Shown: positions 1-8,444, numbered from the stretch's first letter. The stretch: DNA of 33,731 nucleotides from a virus (IMGVR_UViG_3300049828_000315:1-33731); one strand, 5' to 3'. Notes: a model not told the origin generated them from the letters alone. Program-made: numbers and translations.

Positions 1-39
1 TATATATCCTATACCCCCGTATTCATGAGAATAACCCCC

Positions 40-523
40 CCTTACAAGTAGGCGCAAAGTAGGCGCGATTCTTTTTTAGGTCATTCCGTAATGTTTTGGA
101 GTAGTTTCATCCTTTTTCAAAACGAGACAAAACGCCTTACGAATAAAGAAACCCAAAAACCAGAGGAAATCCCCCAAAGCAATCCCACAAGAATCATCGT
201 GCATAGCAGAACCTCCCGCTACTCCCCACAATTCCCATAGAACTCCACTCCCCTCCATCTCACAGCTTTCTAGGTCCATCCAAACCCATCTTTTTTCTCA
301 ATCTACAACTCGCAGCAAGGCATTTGCCCAGGAATTCAAGAAATCCTGAGATTAGTCGTAAGCCCTTACAACTCAGCCGCTTAGCTGTAGACCAAAGTAT
401 CCAAGCGCTAACTAACCGACCCTACAAAGTTAACGCGCAATAGCATAGGCGCCCTACAAAGTTAACGGCGCTTACAAACCGCGTAACACACCTTACAGCT
501 ATCCACCGCTAGCTTACAGCTTT
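40..523 (+). repeat. Non-coding left region with clustered short direct repeats (YYTACAR core; two exact 16-bp copies CCCTACAAAGTTAACG)
   Basis: Exact 16-mer at 420-435 and 452-467. Tandem AAGTAGGCGC at 46-55 and 57-66. YTACAR cores near 41, 303, 366, 422, 454, 472, 493 and 514. No convincing ORF. Confidence 0.7.
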
Positions 524-562
524 CCCCATCCCCATCCCCACCCCGTCGATATAATACATTCA
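515..562 (+). promoter_or_regulatory. Putative early promoter (TATAAT -10, probably leaderless transcript)
   Basis: TATAAT at 550-555, ATG at 562 with no Shine-Dalgarno. No canonical -35; a C-tract array lies there instead. Confidence 0.45.
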
Positions 563-771
563 TGAACACCCAAAAGAAGAAGACCTTCCTGATTCAAACG
601 GAGAACGCCTTGATCCATGAGATTAAGGTGCGCCTTCATAAGGGTCAGACCGTCAAGAATGTGCAATATATCTGCGAGTACATCAGCCTCAATGCCAACC
701 GCGGTCGCGTGTCTTCGCGGAAGGTCCAATACGAATTGGACTCCTTCGCGCAATCCTCATGGCACCGCTAA
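562..771 (+). CDS. Hypothetical protein (69 aa, basic)
   Basis: ATG ORF directly after TATAAT, first in the + strand gene run. No recognisable motif. Confidence 0.6.
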   Translation: MNTQKKKTFLIQTENALIHEIKVRLHKGQTVKNVQYICEYISLNANRGRVSSRKVQYELDSFAQSSWHR

Positions 772-805
772 CGCTGATTACAACATCAGACGCAAACAAA
801 CCCCC

Positions 806-843
806 TACAGCTTTTATTCCCTTCCTCCCGCCCCTCCTATAAT
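806..843 (+). promoter_or_regulatory. Putative early promoter 2
   Basis: TACAGCTTT (806-814), pyrimidine tract, TATAAT (838-843): same layout as 515-555. Confidence 0.4.
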
Positions 844-889
844 CCACGCATAACCCACCACCCACAAGCATCCCACAAGGAACACCCCC

Positions 890-1306
890 ATGCGCGCCAC
901 CCAAGAACAACTCGCCGCCCTCACCATTGGTCAGGAAGTGGCCGTCTCCATTAGCGGCAATTATGGCCCGCGCTATTATACGGGTTACATCGTCACCAAG
1001 ATCACAAAAACCCGCCGCATCACGGTGGCCAATAGCAGCGGTGCGGAGTATACCTTCCGTGATGATGGCAGCGAACTCGCCTCCAAGGATAGCTATGTCC
1101 GCCGCTATCTGATAGCTGACGTCGCAGCCGTGCGCGCCAAGGGTGAAAAAGAAATTGCATACCGCAATGCAGCGGATGCCGTGAATCTCGTCGTCCCCAA
1201 TCTTGTCAAGGCTACCTATAGCAAAGAGACCATGATGAAGACGGTAGCAGACTTGCAATCCAAGCTCGCCGCTGCTATGCTCGCCATTGAAGCGCTCCCC
1301 GCCTAG
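890..1306 (+). CDS. Hypothetical early phage protein (138 aa; N-terminal beta-rich, SH3-like segment)
   Basis: AAGGA upstream, C-ending codon bias, pattern IGQEVAV...IVTKITKTRRITV. Confidence 0.8.
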   Translation: MRATQEQLAALTIGQEVAVSISGNYGPRYYTGYIVTKITKTRRITVANSSGAEYTFRDDGSELASKDSYVRRYLIADVAAVRAKGEKEIAYRNAADAVNLVVPNLVKATYSKETMMKTVADLQSKLAAAMLAIEALPA

Positions 1307-1380
1307 CCCATCCCACGCGTTAGCGGTCCGCGTCAAACCGCCACCACATTCCCCTCAACCTCAACCATACGGAGTCCATC

Positions 1381-1686
1381 ATGCGCCTTTCCAAAGATCA
1401 AGAAGAATTTCTGTGCGCCGTCCTTGAAATCAATCCCCCTACGGGCAACCGCAGGGATTCCTACTTCGTCGTGACCTTGCCCAATGGCAGCAAGATCGTG
1501 CGGCAGCAAGGTACGACAAACATGTGGACGGCCTATGGATATTCCTGCGACGGCGCGGATGAAATTGCGCCAACCTATCTTCTTGGCTATGTTGCCCTCC
1601 ATCCATACGTCCATGTGACGTCCAACCCCACGCAAGATTCCCTTGTGCAGGAAGTGCGCAGAAAATTCCTTGCCTTGTGCAAGTAA
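1381..1686 (+). CDS. Hypothetical protein (101 aa)
   Basis: GGAG RBS upstream, co-oriented with neighbours. Confidence 0.75.
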   Translation: MRLSKDQEEFLCAVLEINPPTGNRRDSYFVVTLPNGSKIVRQQGTTNMWTAYGYSCDGADEIAPTYLLGYVALHPYVHVTSNPTQDSLVQEVRRKFLALCK

Positions 1687-1753
1687 GCGCATTACGCCGC
1701 GGCTACGAGGCAAAGCGTAGCACCACAGCCAACCCCCAACGCTAAGGACCGCC

Positions 1754-2071
1754 ATGGAAATCCCCCAAGCCCTCGTCCGCAAACTCGCGGGCCACTTTCT
1801 TCTGAACTTGAAAGAAGGAATTGGTGAGAAGGACTACCGCAAATGCTGCGTGGAAAATGCTCGCGAGCTCAACCCCAATGTGTGCCATTCACACGACTAT
1901 TGCGACGCCAATGAGATCATGGCCGCGACGTGGCTGAACCTCCAAGGCGAGGATTTCAACGGCCAATACAATTCAGACGTTACGCTGTGGAACGCGGCAT
2001 GGGACCACGCGAAGGGCATCATGAAAGACACGGCCATCGCGAACAAGTGGTTGGAGGTTGCTGCGTCATGA
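1754..2071 (+). CDS. Hypothetical protein (105 aa) with CHSHDYCDAN motif, possibly metal-binding
   Basis: AAGGA RBS, Cys/His/Asp cluster and WNAAW motif. Stop overlaps next start (ATGA). Confidence 0.8.
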   Translation: MEIPQALVRKLAGHFLLNLKEGIGEKDYRKCCVENARELNPNVCHSHDYCDANEIMAATWLNLQGEDFNGQYNSDVTLWNAAWDHAKGIMKDTAIANKWLEVAAS

Positions 2072-2250
2072 AAATTCTTTTCCTGGACAAGTATTCTCCG
2101 CATGCTTGGATCTTGGCCAAGACGGACGCCACGATGGATGATTGGAACAACCTCTACTCATGGAAGCGCTACCATGCGGGTCGCGCAATAAAGAGTTGGC
2201 GCTTGGCCAACGTAGATGGAACCGTCGTTCGCGAGGTAACCGTGTCATGA
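2068..2250 (+). CDS. Hypothetical protein (60 aa, MKILFLDKYS...)
   Basis: GGAGG upstream and ATGA overlaps at both ends. Start reassigned from the track's 1930. Confidence 0.7.
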   Translation: MKILFLDKYSPHAWILAKTDATMDDWNNLYSWKRYHAGRAIKSWRLANVDGTVVREVTVS

Positions 2251-2486
2251 GCTATACGATAGATTACGCAGCCTACTCTAACGGCGAAGAAATTGCTTTG
2301 GATGACTGCAAGGCATATTTAAAAGGCGACCGCTTTGAGCAAGTCGTAGAAATGCTAAAAGAACGTTGCGCCGCGCCTATTACTGAAGAGGATATGAGGT
2401 CTATCATTTCCTGCCTCGGGTTCCTTGGCATCCGTGGATTCCCTGCAGTGGTCATGGCTAAATACATTGTGAAGGATATCAAATGA
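2247..2486 (+). CDS. Hypothetical protein (79 aa, MSYTIDYAAY...)
   Basis: GAGG upstream, ATGA coupling at both ends. Confidence 0.75.
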   Translation: MSYTIDYAAYSNGEEIALDDCKAYLKGDRFEQVVEMLKERCAAPITEEDMRSIISCLGFLGIRGFPAVVMAKYIVKDIK

Positions 2487-2704
2487 GCTTTTTCGCGAAA
2501 GTCAGGACTGAAGCCAGGAATGAAGCTGCTAGAAACGCGGCAGCCCACCTCTTGAACACACGTGCACCCGGTGGTCTTCCTTGGAATTCAGTCTCCATAG
2601 CATCAGCGATTGGCGCTGACTTCCACTTCCAAGATGCGAATTTCTACCTCCGAGTCCGCCACTACCTTTGCAAACTCCGCAAGCAGGAAAAGACCGTCAA
2701 ATGA
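2483..2704 (+). CDS. Hypothetical protein (73 aa)
   Basis: AAGGA upstream, ATGA coupling at both ends. Confidence 0.7.
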   Translation: MSFFAKVRTEARNEAARNAAAHLLNTRAPGGLPWNSVSIASAIGADFHFQDANFYLRVRHYLCKLRKQEKTVK

Positions 2705-2925
2705 AAAATGCGCACCTTTCCAAAAAGTCCGAAGAGCACCTCTCACCAGAATTGCGTCGCGGTATCTATTATACACGCGACGCGGCCGGCCAGTTAGTCG
2801 TATGCAATGAACTAGACACGGCATGCCGAGAGCAGGATCTGAAACGGCAGCGCGTGCTCTATAAAATTGCTGCGGTGCTTCTGGTGACGGCCGTCGTCCT
2901 CTTTAGTTTGTACATTTGCAGCTAA
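2701..2925 (+). CDS. Hypothetical membrane-anchored protein (74 aa)
   Basis: ATGA overlap; C-terminal hydrophobic stretch IAAVLLVTAVVLFSLYIC. Confidence 0.7.
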   Translation: MKNAHLSKKSEEHLSPELRRGIYYTRDAAGQLVVCNELDTACREQDLKRQRVLYKIAAVLLVTAVVLFSLYICS

Positions 2926-2997
2926 CATTGCCGACATTCTTGTTTACATCAACCCACACCACGGTAGCTTTACACTACCCTACCCCAAGGAGAAGCC

Positions 2998-3639
2998 ATG
3001 CGCTTCCATATCGTCTGCCATACCCCATCCCCCGTCACCAAGGACTCCACCACGGAGACGGTCGTCATTGAACTTCGTGACGCTCTCAAGCCTGCTGCCA
3101 GCGATGAGGAAATCTCATTGGTGTGGCAACGTGCCAAGGGCGAAGCCAAGTACAAGTTCCATTCCATTGCCGTCGGCGATGTCATTCCCGCTGAATTGGC
3201 CGGCAAAGCCCGCATGATGCGTGCCGTCGACGCCATCAGCTTCGAGCGCGGCCGTGAGTCGCTCTTGAGGCTGGACCTCGTCAGCTTTATCAATCAGCTC
3301 ATTGACAACGAGAATTGCACTCAAGCCGTCTATGACGAGCGCTTCGAGAAATTCTTCGCGGTCAATTCGCTGCGCAAGGATGAGATGCAGAGCCATGAGC
3401 CCGTCGGCTTGGATCCTCTCCTCACCTCCAAGCTGCGCGTGACGTCGGTCACGGACGAGCAAGCCAAGAAGTGCATCGTGAACGAATTCATGCGCCTCCT
3501 GGATGCTGACGATACCAAAGTCGTTGCGGAAGTATCCAAGCAATTCAGCAAGTGGGTCAGCGAGGGTCGCAAGCTCAAGAAGGTCTCTGTGCTCGCGGAT
3601 CCGCCCAAGCCCGTCGAATACAAGAAAGTCTACGCTTGA
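2998..3639 (+). CDS. Hypothetical protein (213 aa)
   Basis: AAGGAG RBS, strong C/G-ending codon bias. Confidence 0.85.
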   Translation: MRFHIVCHTPSPVTKDSTTETVVIELRDALKPAASDEEISLVWQRAKGEAKYKFHSIAVGDVIPAELAGKARMMRAVDAISFERGRESLLRLDLVSFINQLIDNENCTQAVYDERFEKFFAVNSLRKDEMQSHEPVGLDPLLTSKLRVTSVTDEQAKKCIVNEFMRLLDADDTKVVAEVSKQFSKWVSEGRKLKKVSVLADPPKPVEYKKVYA

Positions 3640-3935
3640 TGCTGCTACTGAAACGGAAGCAACCACTAACCCAGAAAAAGCGCAAGCCTACCGCTGCAGA
3701 ATTCCTCATCGCACTAGAATGTGCTGGGGAACGTGGTCTGACGGGTAGGCAATGGGCAAAGCAGGCGGGCGTCACCGAGGAATCAACCTACGCGGCTATC
3801 GCCGAAGCAATCCGTGCCGACCGCTGCGGCCCTAGTCCATACAAAATCTCTTCTCAGTTCATCCCGATGCCCAAAGGATCCTGCTCTCTGCAGGAAAGCC
3901 TTTACCATCTCAAAGCTCCACAACCCGATGCCTAG
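3639..3935 (+). CDS. Putative (winged) helix-turn-helix DNA-binding protein (98 aa)
   Basis: TGATG overlap; FLIALECAGERGLTGRQWAKQAGVTEESTYAAIAEAI fits an HTH pattern. Confidence 0.6.
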   Translation: MLLLKRKQPLTQKKRKPTAAEFLIALECAGERGLTGRQWAKQAGVTEESTYAAIAEAIRADRCGPSPYKISSQFIPMPKGSCSLQESLYHLKAPQPDA

Positions 3936-3954
3936 CGCATCACAGGAGGATATC

Positions 3955-4431
3955 ATGGCTATCAAGAAGACTCTCAAGCCCATCACCAAGGCCGCTGCCG
4001 CTCCCAAGGCGCCTGCTTCTCCGCTCCGTGTCAATACGGAATGGCGTCGCCTGCTCATTGAGAACGAGAGCCGCAGCAAGCCTCTCACGGATGACCAGCT
4101 CATCGCCGCGATGCAAAAGCTGTTCCCCGAGAAGAAGAACAAAACCACCATCCTGCGCTGCTCTATGATTCGCTCGATCTACAACAAGGGCACGAGCATG
4201 TTCAAGAAGTTCGGCCCTGCCGGCTCGAAGACCAATCCGCGCTCTTTCGCGTACGATGCGAAGGGCCAGAAGATGGAAGGCGGCGCGGTCATCGTTCCCA
4301 AGTCGACCAAGGCCAAGGCTCCTGCTCCCAAGATGGAGAAGCCGACCAAGACTGCGAAGCGCGCGGCGAAGGGCGCCAATGCGGACGTCGCGTTCGCGGC
4401 CGACGATGAGGAGGTTGTCGAGGACGGCTGA
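3955..4431 (+). CDS. Basic K/A/P-rich DNA-binding protein with sigma54-C-terminal-like helical core (158 aa)
   Basis: AGGAGGA RBS before ATG 3955; histone-H1-like tails; core LLIENESRSKPLTDDQLIAAM; acidic C-terminus. Confidence 0.7.
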   Translation: MAIKKTLKPITKAAAAPKAPASPLRVNTEWRRLLIENESRSKPLTDDQLIAAMQKLFPEKKNKTTILRCSMIRSIYNKGTSMFKKFGPAGSKTNPRSFAYDAKGQKMEGGAVIVPKSTKAKAPAPKMEKPTKTAKRAAKGANADVAFAADDEEVVEDG

Positions 4432-4532
4432 GAAACTTTTCACCTACCACCGAGGAGTCTAGCGCCAATCTCGGAACCATAGACGGTGAGCGGTAGGATC
4501 TACAATCCATCAGGCACGTGGGGCAGCCGGAA

Positions 4533-5855
4533 ATGCCCCGCACCAAAATGCTTTCCTTCCGACCGTACCAGCAAGACGCCTTCCAGAAATTCGAGCAGAC
4601 AGACTTCATGATTCTGTTCATGCGAATGCGGTTGGGCAAGTCCATAGTAGCGATACGGTGGATGGAAAAGAAACGGGCTCACAAAAGGCCAATCCTTTTG
4701 CTTGCGCCTACAACTCCTCAGATCGGATGGAAAGAGGAATTGGAAAAGGAAGGTCTCGTCTGTATTGACGCGGTGGACTACCTCAAAGAAAAGGAGCATC
4801 CAAAATGGGACACAAGATGGATATGCGCAACGCCTCAGCTGGCCGTCGCAAGGAGCACGCTGCAAAGACCGACCGATTGGGACGGCGTAGTGTGCGACGA
4901 GTCTACGTGGATGAAGAGTCCGAAGACGAAGCAATCGAAGCTTGCGACAAAAGTATTGTCGAGATTCGCACTGCGGTGCATACTGACTGGGCTGCCGAAT
5001 CCGCAGACCGATCTGGAATTGTGGCCACAAATGGCAATGGCGCTTGGCGGCGCGTGGATGGGGGCAAGTAATTTCTGGGATTGGCGCCAGAAACACTTCT
5101 CGAAGTTCTTCTACGATTGGCTGCCAAAATGCCGTGGCCATGTGAAACAGGAATTGCACAAAGACGCCTTCGTGTTATCCTGGAAGGATGCCAAAGTCAA
5201 GATCGAGAAAGTCTACAAAAAACTCACCAACGAGATGAGCAATGAACAAAGAGAAATCTACAACCAAGTCCTCACCACCTGGACCGTCCCAGGAATCGAA
5301 ACAAAAAACGCTCTTGAAGTCACTACATGGCTTCATCGAATCGCAGGAGGTCATAGTCCGGGCAGGACCCTTGAGTGTTGGAAATATGAAGAACTTGCTG
5401 ATCTTGTCACAACTGGCGAGCTTGCTGGAGAACCCGTGGTTGTCTGGTTTGCTTTCAACCGAGAACTCGCACGCATGTGGAAGTTGCTTAGAGAGAGAGA
5501 AGTCTCAGCTACATGGATAACCGGGACTATCGACAAACGTGAGCGCGCTGTCCGTCTTGATAGATTCAGAAAAGGGCAACGGCACGTGATCTTGATGCAA
5601 ATGGCATGTGGTAAATTCGGATCCAATCTCTCCATTGCGGATACCGCCATTTACTTTTCTGGGACGTACTCTATAGAAACACGGGAGCAGACCGAAGACA
5701 GAATTGTGATGCCTGGGAAAACAGGAATCCAGCTATACATAGACATGCTCTCGAGGGATTCGATCGACGAAACAATCCTCGAGGGGTGTAAAGAAAAGCG
5801 CGCCTCAGCGAAATGGTTATTAGACCGAATCCAACTCCAGAGAAAGCAGCGATGA
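4533..5855 (+). CDS. SNF2-family (SF2) helicase/ATPase
   Basis: FRPYQ, MRLGKS (motif I), VCDES (II), LTGLP (III), GKFGSNL (V), QTEDR (VI), SIDETI. Start could be 4518, 4533 or 4548. Confidence 0.88.
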   Translation: MPRTKMLSFRPYQQDAFQKFEQTDFMILFMRMRLGKSIVAIRWMEKKRAHKRPILLLAPTTPQIGWKEELEKEGLVCIDAVDYLKEKEHPKWDTRWICATPQLAVARSTLQRPTDWDGVVCDESTWMKSPKTKQSKLATKVLSRFALRCILTGLPNPQTDLELWPQMAMALGGAWMGASNFWDWRQKHFSKFFYDWLPKCRGHVKQELHKDAFVLSWKDAKVKIEKVYKKLTNEMSNEQREIYNQVLTTWTVPGIETKNALEVTTWLHRIAGGHSPGRTLECWKYEELADLVTTGELAGEPVVVWFAFNRELARMWKLLREREVSATWITGTIDKRERAVRLDRFRKGQRHVILMQMACGKFGSNLSIADTAIYFSGTYSIETREQTEDRIVMPGKTGIQLYIDMLSRDSIDETILEGCKEKRASAKWLLDRIQLQRKQR

Positions 5856-6481
5856 AAATACTCAGCAAAAAACCTGCAAAGGCCAAGTACTTTGGCTTGA
5901 TCCATCCGGGACCGCGTAAAGAAATAACCGAAGCATGCGGCGAGCATGAGAACAACTACCAGCTCATGGGGAATGTAGGCAACATCATTTGCATTGATCC
6001 AGGACTGAACGGAACCGGGTGGGCGGTATTTGACCGTGAGGACGGCCCAATCCGATTCCCCATCGCATCTGGCTCCATCTCAGTAGAACGAAAAAAGCAT
6101 CCATGGTGGACTGAGTGCAAGATCATCGCCGAACTCATACGAAATCAGATGCAGCACTATGGATGCTTCGGCGTGTACATTGAACTTCCAAAATTCTTTG
6201 AGAGTGCGGGTGCTGGAATGTCGGCAGCACGAGACGGTGATCTGGTCAGGTTATCCGTGCTCACTGGAATGATCTTCGGTGCGTGCTCTTCGCAAATGCT
6301 CGTGAGCTCTATCGTGCCCGTCGCTATTACCGATTGGAAGGGCCAGCTACCAAAAGAAATGTGCAATGATCGCGTGGTGAAGAAGCTCAGAACAGTCTAT
6401 CCGAAATGGAAGCCGTCAACCAATACCACGCATGAGCTCGATGCTATCGGCATCGGTCTCTTTGTCAAAGGATGGTTCTAA
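5852..6481 (+). CDS. RuvC-like Holliday junction resolvase
   Basis: CIDPGLNGTGWA, VYIELP, WKG..PK and HELDAIGIG give the RuvC acidic residues. ATGA overlap. Confidence 0.85.
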   Translation: MKILSKKPAKAKYFGLIHPGPRKEITEACGEHENNYQLMGNVGNIICIDPGLNGTGWAVFDREDGPIRFPIASGSISVERKKHPWWTECKIIAELIRNQMQHYGCFGVYIELPKFFESAGAGMSAARDGDLVRLSVLTGMIFGACSSQMLVSSIVPVAITDWKGQLPKEMCNDRVVKKLRTVYPKWKPSTNTTHELDAIGIGLFVKGWF

Positions 6482-7497
6482 TGAAACTCCTCAAGCCTAT
6501 CCCCAAGCTTCCTTCCAGAAAGCAAGCATACAAAAAATACAATCCACACACGGATGGCGTGCGGCAGTCGCTTCTGCTTACATGGCTGGAGTGCCGTGAG
6601 AAGGCAAGGATGCAGTGTATCGAAGGCATCGAGTCTTCATACATCTCCAAGCCTCTGATGTTCGGCGACCTCAGCCATCAGTGCATCGCGTCCTGTTACC
6701 TTACCATGCAGAAGAAGCAATTGAAATTCTGGGAAGACGCTGCAGAACGCACTGAGGAATGGATTGATACTGCGATCCTCTTCTGGAAGGACGAGTGGGT
6801 ATCAAAAGGCAATAAGGTCACGGCTGATGTGACCGATCTTCTGGAGGAATCTGCTGCGATGCTTGGTGCACTCCTTCCTGGATACTGGAAGCATTGGTGG
6901 GATAAGGATATCAAGGAGACGGAATGGATAGACGTCGAAAAAGAATTCAAAGTTGCGCTTGGCTCTTCTTCGCTAATCACGGGAACCATCGACGGCGTAT
7001 TTCGTAACCGTAAAACGAAAAAGCGCTGGATACTCGAAACAAAGAACAAAGGACGCTGGTCCGAAGACAATTTGATTGATTGGCTACCGCTAGACCTACA
7101 GTGCCAGATGTACTTGACGGCTGACTGGTTAACATCTAACGAGCAGCCGGCCGGTGTCCGGTACAATGTGCTCCGCCGTCCGCAAGAGCGCCGTGGGAAG
7201 ACAGAATCTTTGAAAGACTTCGCGACACGGATACATGCACGCGCAGAAAAAGAGCCGGAGCACTACTATTTCCGACTTGACATGGCGATGAGTAAGGCTG
7301 AATTAGAATCTGCGAAACGCCGTGTTGAATTTCTGGCAGACGCCTTCTGCGATTGGTGGGACCTCTCACATTCAAGTTGTCCTACACTGGATCCCATGTA
7401 CAATTCGTCTATGTGCGAAGGGAAGTACGGGACGTGCTGCTATCTGCGCCATTGTGCAAGCGGTTCGCTTGAAGGTTTGAAAGTGGCCAGCCGTTAA
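6481..7497 (+). CDS. PD-(D/E)XK exonuclease, Cas4/AddB-like, probable Fe-S staple
   Basis: N-terminal S.L.TWLEC, GTIDG...ILETK, LQCQMY, C-terminal C-x6-CC-x4-C. Confidence 0.85.
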   Translation: MKLLKPIPKLPSRKQAYKKYNPHTDGVRQSLLLTWLECREKARMQCIEGIESSYISKPLMFGDLSHQCIASCYLTMQKKQLKFWEDAAERTEEWIDTAILFWKDEWVSKGNKVTADVTDLLEESAAMLGALLPGYWKHWWDKDIKETEWIDVEKEFKVALGSSSLITGTIDGVFRNRKTKKRWILETKNKGRWSEDNLIDWLPLDLQCQMYLTADWLTSNEQPAGVRYNVLRRPQERRGKTESLKDFATRIHARAEKEPEHYYFRLDMAMSKAELESAKRRVEFLADAFCDWWDLSHSSCPTLDPMYNSSMCEGKYGTCCYLRHCASGSLEGLKVASR

Positions 7498-7500
7498 CAA

Positions 7501-7544
7501 TTGTAGTATAAAATCTTTTTCCGGTATACTACAACCAAAAAGAT
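7501..7544. promoter_or_regulatory. Palindromic sigma70-like promoter/operator with interleaved inverted repeats
   Basis: TTGTAGTATA (7501-7510) pairs with TATACTACAA (7525-7534). TTGTAG-N18-TATACT on both strands. ATCTTTTT (7513-7520) pairs with AAAAAGAT (7537-7544). Confidence 0.6.
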
Positions 7545-7583
7545 ATTTCATTCCCCGTCGTCACTCCATAGAATGGAAAGACC

Positions 7584-8444
7584 ATGCCACTCATAAAGAA
7601 GCTTACGGGTTCCGGCAGCAAGCCGGCAACTCCCATCCAACCCAAACAAAAGGTTGCGGTGACATTGAACCTCACCAAGAAGTCGCCAAGTAAAGCATTG
7701 AATGAGTATTCAATTCTTCTTTATGGTGCGAAAGGAATCGGGAAAACATCATTGGCGTCGAAGTTTCCCGGCGCCGTGTTCCTCAATCTTGAACCAGGAA
7801 CGAAGGCGCTTAGGACGGCCGATAACTATGTGAAGGACTGGGATACCTTCGTCGCCTACGTCGATGAGGTGGTCAAGATCAATGACAAGGACATGACGGT
7901 GATCGTGGACGTCGTGGATATCGCCTACGAAATGATCTACAAAAAGATCTGCGACCAACTGAAGATCGAGTCGCCGACCGAGGAAAACGACTTCGGCGCT
8001 ACCTGGAAGAAGATCAGAAGGCTCTTCCGTGAGCAACTCGATCGTCTAATGCGCACGGGAGGTGGCGCAGTGTTCTTGTCGCATGATACTGAAAAGGAAA
8101 TCGAATTGCGCGACGGATCAAAGGTAGACCGTGTGCAGCCTACTCTGGGCAAGCAGGCATTGGGAGAGCTTGAAGGCTTGGTGGATATCGTCGCCTACTA
8201 TGCCTATGAGGACGAAGACCGCGTTCTGAAACTGTCCGGCAGCCAGACCCTCATCGCCAAGTCGCGCCCAGAAGAAAATTTCATTGCAGTTTCTGGTGAA
8301 CGCGTGAATCAGATACCGATGGGCAAGACTTCGGATGAAGCCTACGCCAACTTGATCAAGGCGTTCAATAATAAGCAGGAAACCGCTGACGGTAAGGAAA
8401 AGCGGTCTGCACCTGCTAAGCAATTACTGAAGATTAAGAAGTAG
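7584..8444 (+). CDS. P-loop ATPase, AAA_24/Sak4-like recombinase
   Basis: LLYGAKGIGKTS Walker A, TVIVD Walker B, FGATW, VFLSH; lies between exonuclease and SSB genes. Confidence 0.85.
   Translation: MPLIKKLTGSGSKPATPIQPKQKVAVTLNLTKKSPSKALNEYSILLYGAKGIGKTSLASKFPGAVFLNLEPGTKALRTADNYVKDWDTFVAYVDEVVKINDKDMTVIVDVVDIAYEMIYKKICDQLKIESPTEENDFGATWKKIRRLFREQLDRLMRTGGGAVFLSHDTEKEIELRDGSKVDRVQPTLGKQALGELEGLVDIVAYYAYEDEDRVLKLSGSQTLIAKSRPEENFIAVSGERVNQIPMGKTSDEAYANLIKAFNNKQETADGKEKRSAPAKQLLKIKK

Noticed and set aside
76-279. 67-aa - strand ORF in the left end
   Set aside because: The W/G/L-rich translation reflects strand compositional bias; no supporting signals.
420-523. Left-end repeats as a mini CRISPR array
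   Set aside because: Only two exact 16-bp copies with a 16-bp gap; lengths and irregular spacing do not fit CRISPR.
1315-1721. Short hairpins after early genes (1315-1333 and 1702-1721) as intrinsic terminators
   Set aside because: Stems are only 5-6 bp with no following U-tract.
4443-4500. Known self-cleaving ribozyme (hammerhead, twister, HDV)
   Set aside because: Conserved catalytic core sequences were not found by eye; kept only as a generic structured element.
6481-7497. Cas4-like nuclease as evidence of a CRISPR system
   Set aside because: No repeat-spacer array or other cas genes; the context (Sak4-like ATPase, SSB) is a standard phage recombination module.
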